From: Gemmatimonadota bacterium
Lineage (GTDB): Bacteria > Latescibacterota > UBA2968 > UBA8231
Direction of reading: 5' to 3'
Assembly: GCA_009841115.1 (NCBI GenBank)
Contig: VXML01000109.1
Coordinates: 38,911 to 102,910, forward strand
Length of the DNA stretch: 64,000 nucleotides
Part shown: positions 1 to 8,390 of the stretch, in pieces
Position numbering within the stretch: position 1 is the first letter of the stretch
Layout of the letters: the number at the start of each line of letters is the position of its first letter
Translations under genes and position numbers: made by a program
Notes under the pieces: generated by a model
Told to the model about the DNA's origin: nothing
Databases searched by the model: none
Seen by the model: the letters and a program-made list of their open reading frames with translations, nothing else

Positions 1-2271
1 GAAAGTGTAATCGGCCTTGTTGATGAGACCGACAAAGCTGGCCGTGCCACGCAGGTCGCGCTGCTCCCGGCGCTGATTGTAGATTTCAGTTTTGAACTTG
101 TTGATTACATTCAGGTTTCCTACGAGCGTGAAATCGAACTGTACATAGGAAGTGTTGACCCAAGTGTCGCGGGCCGGGAGCACATCGAAAACGCGCTGCT
201 GAGTACCGCGAGAATTAGACGGCTGCACCCACTGGAAGAGGTTGTCGGGAATGTCGTCCTCGACCAGCTTGAAGTTGTCGAACACCCGCAAACGGCCCAA
301 CTGGGCAAAATCCCTTTCGTAGGTGAAGAGCAGGTACGTGGATTCGTTTTTGCGATCCCCCGCCAGCAGTTTTTCGCTCAAACGACCGACAGTTAGCCGG
401 GCCTCGGGCCCGATGTGAGTTCCCGCGTACATATTGTAGCCACGGTGGTCGCGCCTGTAGGGATAATCGGGTTCTTCGTCGTTTTCAAAGCGGTCGATCC
501 AGCCGTTGTTGTTCATGTCAACGCCAAAGAGGTATTCGGGTCTATCGGCGTGATAGCGCAGGAAGGGCTCTTCGTAATCGGGAATGAAGTTCTGGCGATC
601 CTCCGTATCGTTCTGGTTGAAGTCCGAGACGAAATCGTTGTTCTCGTCAAAACCTGGAAAGACCGCATTGTCCGACAGCATACTATAGCGGCTCCAATCC
701 GGCCGGCGGTCTTGGTCATCGTTGTCCTCGACGAACTCGTAGATATAGGATATTTCGTCCTCGTAATCGATTTCGTCCTGTCCCCGAGTACCCGCTAGGA
801 AGGTGCGGGTAGAATAGTCCGCGTCCATGCTATAGCCTTCGAGGAAGGCGAACCAGGGATAGGACGCCTTGGACAGGTTGAACATCCATGCCTGGGCGTC
901 GTTAACCGCCTTGCGATGATCCTTTAGATTGAGGTTGGGATACTGGCGGTACTGCTTGTTGAAATCGTACTCCCCGTAAAAGTCAAAACCCCAGACCTTG
1001 TTGGCCTCGAAGGTAACGCCGAGGATGGTATTGGCCGTGGGCAGACCGTAGTCGAATTTCAACAGTCGCTGGTTGGAGTTGTCGCGGATATTGTCAGCGG
1101 CCCGTTCGACCAGCAAGAAGACGGGCTGTGAGTCCCGGTTCGTCTGCCGGTCGGACGTGATTTCCACCTTGTAGTCGTTGGAGATCACCAATTCAAAGAA
1201 TACTCTTTCAATAGTCGTAGGATCGGGCCCGGTGTACAAAGGGTCCGTAAAGTCGTAGGTAAGGGTAATGCGCTCGTCCCCGTCCGCAGCTAAAAACCCC
1301 ACCCGTTGGAACCCCCCTTCGCGTATGGGCTCGAATCCTATGGCACTGCCGCGGAAAATGTTGCCGTCCACATCCTCAATGATGATTTCATCGTCGAACA
1401 GAGCCGCCCCACCCACTCCGTCTGCGGGCGAGTCGTCCGACAGCCGAATGATGATGCGGGATATGGGCAGCGCATTCTGATCGGTGGTCAGAGCCCCGCC
1501 CGCAAAAGGATTGCCGGTGAAATCGTCAAATAGCGTCTGACCTTGGAAAGCGGTCACATAGGTCGCCCCGACCCGGACGAAGTCGCCGACCTGAACGATG
1601 CCCCGCCCACCCAGTAAGTTGGTGACGCTGGTCTTCTGATCGGGGATATCCAAAGAAGTGGCCACGGCCGGTCGACTGGGACGGGCCAGTAGGAGAGTGC
1701 CCAGGTACTTGTCAGCGGCAAAGTCCCATTGAATGCCGTTGAATGTGGGTTTAGAAAAAGTCATTGGCGTCAAAGTGGTGCGGATCTCATCGCCAATCGT
1801 GATGCTGTAGTAGTATTGTCCCTTGTGGTCCGAGGAGACGGCTACTCGGTTGAACCATTGGTTGAACCTGTTGGTCTTTAGGATACTGCTGCCGAATTGC
1901 TGGGGGCGATCTTGCTGCCAATCGTAGATCAACCAGCCTCGGGTGACTAGATTGCCGAAGAAATCGTAGAAGAAATCGCCCTCCAATGCAGTATCTACAT
2001 AGCGCTGATAGGGCTCGCGGGCGTAGTTGGAGTACTCCCACTGTCTCCACTGGTACTCCTGATACAATTCTTGGGGGATGTACCATTTGCGCACTGCTGG
2101 GTCCAGCGCATCGAATAATACCCCCGGTCCTTGCGGGGCAAAATCCACCTTTCCACCCTGCTTCACCCTACCCATGCGAGAATCGTACGCTTGGGCACCA
2201 ACCGGAGCTGGCGCACTCCAGCTTAGCACGCAGAGAACAGCACCTACCACAATCAGATAGCGCTTGTTCAA
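1..2271 (-). CDS. Large secreted protein of unknown function; 3' end lies beyond the window (757 codons in window)
   Basis: Absent from the supplied ORF track because it runs off the edge. My reverse-complement read from TTG 2271-2269 stays open to base 1, with a GAGGAGGGG SD-like run at 2275-2283. The N-terminus LNKRYLIVVGAVLCVLSWSAPAPVGAQA looks like a signal peptide. Later acidic D/N-rich stretches include FDENNDFVSDFNQNDTED and DMNNNGWIDRFENDEEPDYPY. It lies 25 bp downstream of the 2297-4315 gene on the same strand. Confidence 0.7.
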   Translation of the reverse strand, partial: MNKRYLIVVGAVLCVLSWSAPAPVGAQAYDSRMGRVKQGGKVDFAPQGPGVLFDALDPAVRKWYIPQELYQEYQWRQWEYSNYAREPYQRYVDTALEGDFFYDFFGNLVTRGWLIYDWQQDRPQQFGSSILKTNRFNQWFNRVAVSSDHKGQYYYSITIGDEIRTTLTPMTFSKPTFNGIQWDFAADKYLGTLLLARPSRPAVATSLDIPDQKTSVTNLLGGRGIVQVGDFVRVGATYVTAFQGQTLFDDFTGNPFAGGALTTDQNALPISRIIIRLSDDSPADGVGGAALFDDEIIIEDVDGNIFRGSAIGFEPIREGGFQRVGFLAADGDERITLTYDFTDPLYTGPDPTTIERVFFELVISNDYKVEITSDRQTNRDSQPVFLLVERAADNIRDNSNQRLLKFDYGLPTANTILGVTFEANKVWGFDFYGEYDFNKQYRQYPNLNLKDHRKAVNDAQAWMFNLSKASYPWFAFLEGYSMDADYSTRTFLAGTRGQDEIDYEDEISYIYEFVEDNDDQDRRPDWSRYSMLSDNAVFPGFDENNDFVSDFNQNDTEDRQNFIPDYEEPFLRYHADRPEYLFGVDMNNNGWIDRFENDEEPDYPYRRDHRGYNMYAGTHIGPEARLTVGRLSEKLLAGDRKNESTYLLFTYERDFAQLGRLRVFDNFKLVEDDIPDNLFQWVQPSNSRGTQQRVFDVLPARDTWVNTSYVQFDFTLVGNLNVINKFKTEIYNQRREQRDLRGTASFVGLINKADYTF

Positions 2272-2296
2272 AATCCCCTCCTCACTTGGCTAGCAC

Positions 2297-4315
2297 TTAG
2301 TATACCACAGACACACTGTTGAACCGCCGCTCGGTCTCCCGGTCGGAGCGAATTTCCACTACCACCAAGTAGATTCCCGGCGGCACTAGGCGATCATCAT
2401 CGCCGCGACCGTCCCACTGTAGCTGGACGCGGCCGTTTTGGACTTCGACCGAGTCGAGCTGCCGCACGCGGCCACCCGTCAAGTCGTAGATACTTACTTC
2501 GCTCGGCGATGGTTCGAGCAAATGCTGAACCGCATAGCTTATTTCCGCCACGTCATTGGCCCCATCTCCATTGGGGGTGAAGATCCGCGGCTGGATTGCC
2601 AGCGGACCAGCTACCCGCGAGCCTACGGGAATCCGCACCAGCAACTCGTCGGTATCCTGTTCGGCTGAAGCATTCCCGCCCTCGGTCTGCAGCGGCACTT
2701 GTACACTGGCATCGGCAAAGGCCCGCCCTTGGAAGCGCGTACCATAGCGGAACACGGCGGCATCAAAGACAATTTTCAAAAGGGTACCATCAGCGTTAAT
2801 CAAAGGCAAGCTTAGGGCAAAGTGGTCGTCCTCCACTGCCTCAATAGAGAACGATCCGACGCGCAGGGGCAGAGCCACACCGGCTAGATCGCCGCCGAAC
2901 TCAGCTCCATCTAGGCGATTGCCCGCCCCATCTTGGATTTCTACCGAATGGAGAGCCGGGATGCGGGCCGGGGTTTCGATCTCAAAGCGCGTGAATCCCG
3001 GTCGGCCCGTAGTATTGGTGATGCGGGCGAAGTACGTAAAAGTCGTCTGTTTGCCAATTTCGGTCCACGGTGGTCCCACCTCAGCGACAATGCGATCAAC
3101 CGGGGGCCGTGCGAATTCGAAGCCCAAGTCGGCGACAGCGCGGCTAGCGTCTAGGTTCAGGTTGGTGAAATCGATGCGGAACTGGAAATAGCGCCGTGGT
3201 GCTGGCACCGTCAACTGGGTGCCATTGTCAACCAATTGCCACTGGACCCAGCCGTTGTCAGTGTCGGCTCTGACGGGCCCCTGCTGGTTCTTCGCCAGTT
3301 TTTCAAAGGCTTCCTTGGTCAGCGTGTTGCCCTCGCTGTCGGTAGGCACGTATTCGGGTTGCCGACCACCTATATTGGCATTGCGGAAAAAGACATCGGG
3401 CGTCGTATCCTGCCCGCTGCGCACGCGGATTTCTATCTTGGAATCCGCGCTATTGCCCGCGACCACTTCGCTCCAAGCGATTCGACCCCAGACTACCTCC
3501 TCGCCCAGATCTAACACATTGGACACATAGCTAGCCGTCGGCACAAATCCCCTGCCGTACACCTCTATCTCGTCAACTTCAAATCCGAGGGTGGTAATCG
3601 ACTTGAGTTGCAGAAAGCGGACAAATTGGGGGTTGATCTGTGCATCTACTTTGGCCTCGCGGTTGTCTGGGTCGCGCTGCACCGGTGAGGTAAAAATGGG
3701 CTGACCACTGGCATAGAGATTTTGCGGCAAGCCGTCGTTGAGGAACAACTCATACCCCCGCATGAATTCGTTGCCAAAGGGAAACGACTCTGTCATCCTC
3801 GGATAGAACACGATTCGGTCCACGCCAAAGCGCGCACCAAGGTCAATGCGAATGGTGACGCCGTTATTGCGCACGATGCGGCCGGCCACGAACTTGCGAT
3901 CAAAAGCCACTCGGTGATCGCCATTGAGCATGCCTTCCAATTGCTCTGGACTTTTCTGGCTAGCATCCAGCCCCGGAATATCTATAGAGCCTCCCCGCTC
4001 GAGAACGCCGAGCGAAATGTTGAAATCAGAGCGCAAGCGCAGCGGCATGATCCAATTTTGCAGGGAATCCATGCCAACGGCGAACACTTTTTCGCCGTCG
4101 GCGTCCTCGATAGTTCCCAATTGCTCGACAAAATCGATCACGCCCCCGGGAGTTGTGCCAGAATCGCGCCAAGGATGTTCGTCGCCACCGACCGTAAAAA
4201 CATCCTGCGCGCTGGTTGAGCACACGGACAGCAGCAAGAGGAGGATTGACAGAGGAGGGACTATCTGCAACGACCGCAGTAGCTTGAAAAGGAGGACGAT
4301 AGGACGATATTCCAT
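2297..4315 (-). CDS. Secreted protein with a discoidin (F5/8 type C)-like domain and a C-terminal FTPNGDGxND / FlgD-Ig-like sorting domain (T9SS type-B-like)
   Basis: ORF track 2297..4327; I prefer the ATG at 4315 (MEYRPIV...) over the TTG at 4327. Hydrophobic leader LSILLLLLSVCSTSAQD. Discoidin-like end FVRFLQLKSITTLGFEVDEIEVYGRGF. C-terminus IFTPNGDGANDV...VSIYDLTGGRV...WDGRGDDDRLVPPGIYLVVVEI. Confidence 0.75.
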   Translation of the reverse strand: MEYRPIVLLFKLLRSLQIVPPLSILLLLLSVCSTSAQDVFTVGGDEHPWRDSGTTPGGVIDFVEQLGTIEDADGEKVFAVGMDSLQNWIMPLRLRSDFNISLGVLERGGSIDIPGLDASQKSPEQLEGMLNGDHRVAFDRKFVAGRIVRNNGVTIRIDLGARFGVDRIVFYPRMTESFPFGNEFMRGYELFLNDGLPQNLYASGQPIFTSPVQRDPDNREAKVDAQINPQFVRFLQLKSITTLGFEVDEIEVYGRGFVPTASYVSNVLDLGEEVVWGRIAWSEVVAGNSADSKIEIRVRSGQDTTPDVFFRNANIGGRQPEYVPTDSEGNTLTKEAFEKLAKNQQGPVRADTDNGWVQWQLVDNGTQLTVPAPRRYFQFRIDFTNLNLDASRAVADLGFEFARPPVDRIVAEVGPPWTEIGKQTTFTYFARITNTTGRPGFTRFEIETPARIPALHSVEIQDGAGNRLDGAEFGGDLAGVALPLRVGSFSIEAVEDDHFALSLPLINADGTLLKIVFDAAVFRYGTRFQGRAFADASVQVPLQTEGGNASAEQDTDELLVRIPVGSRVAGPLAIQPRIFTPNGDGANDVAEISYAVQHLLEPSPSEVSIYDLTGGRVRQLDSVEVQNGRVQLQWDGRGDDDRLVPPGIYLVVVEIRSDRETERRFNSVSVVY

Positions 4316-4421
4316 GGTGAGAACCAACTACTTAATAGGCGGCCGAGATTCCAGCCCTGTGCACTTCTGAATGGCATGCCGGAAGCTGTAACCCCTTTAA
4401 AATATGACACTTATCGCAGAG

Positions 4422-4460
4422 TGTTACAATCTTGTTACAACTTGTATAATTTTGGTAACA
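4422..4460. promoter_or_regulatory. AT-rich upstream region with direct TGTTACAA repeats, a possible operator/promoter for the 4315->1 operon
   Basis: TGTTACAA occurs at 4422-4429 and 4433-4440 (11-bp register), followed by TTGGTAACA at about 4452-4460. It sits in the visibly AT-rich 4328-4513 gap between the Smr stop and the next minus-strand start. Confidence 0.3.
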
Positions 4461-4513
4461 TAACAATCGTGTATTAGATAAATCAAGCAAGAAAAATCTG
4501 AGGTCTAGCACAG

Positions 4514-4813
4514 TCAAACGTCGAGCGGCACCAACCAGACCAAGGTTGCCCCCCAACCGCCGCCGCCTTCCCCTGCCAAGCGGAATGACTCCACTTCAGG
4601 CAAGCGGCCCAAAATGGCGTGTACCGAGCGCCGTAACTGGCCCGTGCCCTTTCCGTGGACGACGCGCACCTGCAAAATGCCCGCTTGGCGACAGGCATCC
4701 AAATAGTCGGGCAACAGCTCTTTGAGGTCGCGCGGATGGAACGTGTGCAAATCCAGCGTGCCGTCAATGGGCACTTCCACTGCTTCAGGCTCTTCCCATT
4801 CTTCTTCGGTCAT
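4514..4813 (-). CDS. Smr (small MutS-related) domain protein
   Basis: LDLHTFHPRDLKELLPDYLDACRQAGILQVRVVHGKGTGQLRRSV is Smr-like. The ATG at 4813 (MTEEEWEE) avoids the overlap that the longer 4906 start would make with the upstream gene. Confidence 0.8.
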   Translation of the reverse strand: MTEEEWEEPEAVEVPIDGTLDLHTFHPRDLKELLPDYLDACRQAGILQVRVVHGKGTGQLRRSVHAILGRLPEVESFRLAGEGGGGWGATLVWLVPLDV

Positions 4814-4817
4814 CGTC

Positions 4818-5954
4818 CTAATCCTTCCGAGCGCGGAGTTCCGTAGAGCTGATATCCATCCTAAAGGGCACCGACGCGAAAAGATCCGCGTACTGTGCAG
4901 GTACATCCATATCCTCTAAAGTGCGGTACACATCCCCATCTACCCGTCCGGCCACCCAAAAGCGACAGCCTCCAGCGGCAAATTCCTCCAACGCCGCGGC
5001 CACACCCTGCTCCCCTTCCTCGTAGTACTGCCCCTGCAAAAGCCGCACCGCCGTATCGTACCCCAGCGCAAAATGGCAACCGCCAAAAAGCCGAGCCTTC
5101 TGCAAAAAGGTCGGCGACCGCGTCATCACCACGGGAAAGCGACCGCGCATCTGCTTCAAGCGCCGCTCGACCTCACTCCTTTGCAGAGGCGGCTTATCGA
5201 CATTTTCAATGGACAGTTCCAGACTCGGCCGCCGACCACTTAGCTGTCCCGCCGCGGCCGCGAGCCGCTCGTGCCCCTCGTGCAACGGGTTAAAGGACCC
5301 GGACAAGAACAGACGCTGCCCGCGCTCGACCTCGGGCGCGACCACCCCATCGGGACGCATTTCGACGACGTCCAACTCCCCCGCAAACAGCAAACCCAGC
5401 GGATCGTCCAACGCCAGCTCGCGCCGCGCAAGATGCGCGTAGTCCGGCAGCGATGCACCAGCGACCGGGCCGCCGCAAGCCTCCACTATGGCCTCCAAGG
5501 CCAAGCGACTCAAGACCTCCTCTTGCTCCAAGCGTTCGACTGCACCCTTATCAAAACGCAGAGTGTACAAGCGATAGGCGCACTCCAAGCGCAGCGCAAT
5601 ACAGCCCCGATCCGCACCGCGCCGCAGTCTATCCGTCGCCAAGGCCGCGCTGCAACCCACGCCGATGCAGCCCTGCCCCGGCTCGGCAAAGGAAGCAGCC
5701 CGCACAAAGGCCCGCCCCGCCATATCCCGCGCCGTTTGCTCGTTTGCCCCATGCGGCCCCGCAAAGGCCAAATACGCCGCTAGCGCTCGCTCGCTATAGG
5801 GCACTTGGGCTTCGACGACGGCGCGCGAGGCCCCAGGGTGATTCAAGAGCCAGCTAATAAGTTCGCTGCCCCCGCCAGTGGTCGCCAAGGCCAACCGAGT
5901 GCCGCTGTCCAATACGGCTTCAACCTGCTTCCAAATGTCATCGGAGACGCGCAA
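4818..5954 (-). CDS. Two-domain protein: CinA/PncC-like N-terminal half plus nucleotidyltransferase (NadD-like, HxGH-type) C-terminal half
   Basis: The N-half ATTGGGSELISWLLNHPGASRAVVEAQVPYSERAL resembles the CinA C-terminal (NMN deamidase) signature. The C-half GSFNPLHEGH matches the (T/H)xGH motif of the cytidylyl/adenylyltransferase superfamily. Confidence 0.55.
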   Translation of the reverse strand: MRVSDDIWKQVEAVLDSGTRLALATTGGGSELISWLLNHPGASRAVVEAQVPYSERALAAYLAFAGPHGANEQTARDMAGRAFVRAASFAEPGQGCIGVGCSAALATDRLRRGADRGCIALRLECAYRLYTLRFDKGAVERLEQEEVLSRLALEAIVEACGGPVAGASLPDYAHLARRELALDDPLGLLFAGELDVVEMRPDGVVAPEVERGQRLFLSGSFNPLHEGHERLAAAAGQLSGRRPSLELSIENVDKPPLQRSEVERRLKQMRGRFPVVMTRSPTFLQKARLFGGCHFALGYDTAVRLLQGQYYEEGEQGVAAALEEFAAGGCRFWVAGRVDGDVYRTLEDMDVPAQYADLFASVPFRMDISSTELRARKD

Positions 5955-5960
5955 ACCGCT

Positions 5961-7376
5961 TCATCCCACGAAAAAATCGAAGGCACCGCGCAAGCCCCAG
6001 CCCGTGAGAAAGACACCGCTAACCAAATTGAGCACCCGCAACGGCCACCCCATGCGCAGCGGCGCTGGCAAGAAGCGATGGTCGGTCCACACCATCAGCA
6101 AACACCACAGACCGCAGGTGAGCACCCCGCCGAAAATCGCCGCTGGCGTCACGATCGACACCGGGTTGCCACCCATCCACATAATGGCAACGCCGCCAAT
6201 ACCGCAGTACCCCACCACCCACGGCCGAAACCGGCCTACGGGTACCTCGCGCACCCGCCGGACGATAGGCCGTAAGCACTCATGGGTGGTGCGCGTATAC
6301 AGCTCGTACGCGGCCATAATGGTGCCAAAAAACGCGGTAAACACCCCTAATTGATATAGATAGACCAAGGCTGGATGCAGAATCGTGAGAAAATCGGCCT
6401 GCACCGATAGTAGCTGCATCCCCTCCGGCACGATGTGCTGGGGACGGAGTACGGCCGCGCCGAGCACCACAAAGGCCATGGTAAAAATCACCACGCAGAT
6501 AAAAGACACCCCGGAGTCCACCAATGGACCCCGCAGCCAACCCCTACCTCGGGCAATATTTTCATCGTCGGCTGCGATGGCCACGCCCTCCTCGCCAGCC
6601 TCCACCTTGCGGCCCAACAGACCCCAAGCCTTCTCCCGCAACATGCCGATGTAGCCAAAGTAGTCCTGAGTACCGCCGCCGATCGCCCCCAGATAGGTGC
6701 CCAACTCCACCCAAGCCGAGCGCGCCGCCACCGCCGGATACTTACTAATCAACCAGGGATCATACGCCGGCATGGTCGGCACGATGGAACCTATCAGCAC
6801 CGCCAGCCAGTCGGGTTTCGCAGCCGCGGCAGCCGTCAGGATCGAGAGCAACAGAACGCCAACCACCACCGTCTGAAATTTCTCCAGCGCGCCGTAACTT
6901 TGTACCATAGTAATGGCGATGGCCAAGGCGACAAAAGCCGTGCCCCACACGCGGGGATCGCCCCATATCGCCAACCCCTCACAGCCCAAGATCCACACCG
7001 TCAGCCCGCCGAGCATCTTGGGCAAACCCGACAGCCACAGCGGAAAGCAAAGCACGGTCAGCACCGCCATAACCCACACTACCCAACCCTGCGGCCCGGG
7101 CAAAAACTTCCAGCGTTCGAGCGGGTGTTCCCCTGTCAGCGTCATGTAGCGCGCCGCCGTATAGACTTGGACGAACTTCATCAAACCGCCGCCGATAAAG
7201 CACCACAGCAGGGCGTAGCCGAACACCGCGCCGCCCCGCGAGGCAAAGACCGTCTCGCCGCTGCCAATCGTCACCGAGGCGATGATGGCACCCGGGCCAA
7301 AAATCCGCAGCATAGCCCCCAAACCGCGCGCCTGCATGTCCTCACTGAGCGCGGGATAACGCCGCTCCTCACTCAT
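5961..7376 (-). CDS. Polytopic membrane transporter, Nramp/APC-superfamily-like; substrate unknown
   Basis: 471 aa and highly hydrophobic with many predicted TM segments. GPGAIIASVTIGSGETVF sits where Nramp proteins carry DPGN, so it is divergent. It ends 6 bp upstream of the next gene on the same strand. Confidence 0.5.
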   Translation of the reverse strand: MSEERRYPALSEDMQARGLGAMLRIFGPGAIIASVTIGSGETVFASRGGAVFGYALLWCFIGGGLMKFVQVYTAARYMTLTGEHPLERWKFLPGPQGWVVWVMAVLTVLCFPLWLSGLPKMLGGLTVWILGCEGLAIWGDPRVWGTAFVALAIAITMVQSYGALEKFQTVVVGVLLLSILTAAAAAKPDWLAVLIGSIVPTMPAYDPWLISKYPAVAARSAWVELGTYLGAIGGGTQDYFGYIGMLREKAWGLLGRKVEAGEEGVAIAADDENIARGRGWLRGPLVDSGVSFICVVIFTMAFVVLGAAVLRPQHIVPEGMQLLSVQADFLTILHPALVYLYQLGVFTAFFGTIMAAYELYTRTTHECLRPIVRRVREVPVGRFRPWVVGYCGIGGVAIMWMGGNPVSIVTPAAIFGGVLTCGLWCLLMVWTDHRFLPAPLRMGWPLRVLNLVSGVFLTGWGLRGAFDFFVG

Positions 7377-7477
7377 GGAACAACTCCTCTTTTGCCGGTG
7401 AATCGCCCATAATATCTCGCCAGCGACTGCTTGTCAAACACCCAGAGCACAACCATATTTTTTGCGAGAGCCATCCC

Positions 7478-8320
7478 ATGAACATCGCCAAAGCCATCGT
7501 GCCGGTCGCCGGCCTCGGCACCCGACTCCTGCCCACGACCAAATCCCTGTCCAAGGAAATGCTGCCCGTGGGCCGCCTGCCGGTCATCCACCACGTCGTC
7601 GAAGAGCTAGCAACCGCTGGCATCCGCCAAATCCTCTTCATCACCGGACGCAACAAAAGCGCGATCGAGAATCACTTCGGCGACAGCGGCGCGGGCTACC
7701 GCGAGCGCGGCATCGAGTTTTTCTTCGCGCACCAACCCCCGCCCCCCGGCACCGGCACTGCGGTCGCCACCGGGGAGGACTTTGCCGCTGGCGAGCCTTT
7801 CGTCGTGGCCTTTGGCGACAGCATCGTGCGCACCCCCAGCGGTCGTCCCCTACTGCAGCGGATGATCGACTCCCACCTGCGCCATTGCGCCGCCTGCACC
7901 ATCGGCGCGTACGAAGTACCCGAAGACCGGATGCACCACTACGGCATCTTGGTGTCCGAAGAAGCCACAGCCAAAGATTCCAAACTGACCGCCATCCTCG
8001 AAAAACCAACGCCCGCGCAAACCTCCAGCCGCTTAGCCGTTAGTGCGCGCTACGTGTTTTCTCCGGCCATTTTCGACCACATTCGCGCCACCGCACCCTC
8101 TGCGAGCGGCGAGGTGTACCTCACCGACGCAATTGCCGCCCTAATCGCCGCCGGTGACCCCGTGCGTGCCGTGCGCTTGGGTGCCGACGAGCAGCGCTGC
8201 GATATTGGCAACCACCTATCCTATTTCACGAGCTTTATCGACTACGCGCTCGACGACCCGGAATGGGGCGAGCAAATCCGCGCCTATCTGCGCGAAAAAC
8301 TAGCGGATGACTCATCTTGA
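7478..8320 (+). CDS. galU: UTP--glucose-1-phosphate uridylyltransferase
   Basis: N-terminus KAIVPVAGLGTRLLPTTKSLSKEMLPVGRLPVIHHVVEE is the GalU-type nucleotidyltransferase signature. Confidence 0.85.
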   Translation: MNIAKAIVPVAGLGTRLLPTTKSLSKEMLPVGRLPVIHHVVEELATAGIRQILFITGRNKSAIENHFGDSGAGYRERGIEFFFAHQPPPPGTGTAVATGEDFAAGEPFVVAFGDSIVRTPSGRPLLQRMIDSHLRHCAACTIGAYEVPEDRMHHYGILVSEEATAKDSKLTAILEKPTPAQTSSRLAVSARYVFSPAIFDHIRATAPSASGEVYLTDAIAALIAAGDPVRAVRLGADEQRCDIGNHLSYFTSFIDYALDDPEWGEQIRAYLREKLADDSS

Positions 8321-8390
8321 CAGTCGCTTGTAAATCCATAATGTTAATATGGTTTAATTGGACGCTAACCACACAGAGGCGGTTTTAGGC

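Noticed and set aside
6435-7412. 325-aa plus-strand ORF, with other long antisense ORFs at 7462-8043, 24376-25278, 33593-34045, 39846-40637 and 60320-60973
   Set aside because: All lie opposite genes with strong family signatures (transporter, galU, uvrB, mod, res, enolase family). Their translations are Arg/Pro/Ala/Gly-rich, as expected for out-of-frame or antisense reading of GC-rich coding DNA.
8317-8352. Sigma70-like promoter (perfect TTGACA overlapping the galU stop) and a CCATA-N7-TATGG palindrome upstream of the sulfite reductase gene
   Set aside because: No -10 element with both good sequence and good spacing: TAATGT sits at 16 nt and is weak, and CATAAT sits at 14 nt. The palindrome arms are only 5 bp. 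This is not enough to report as a feature.
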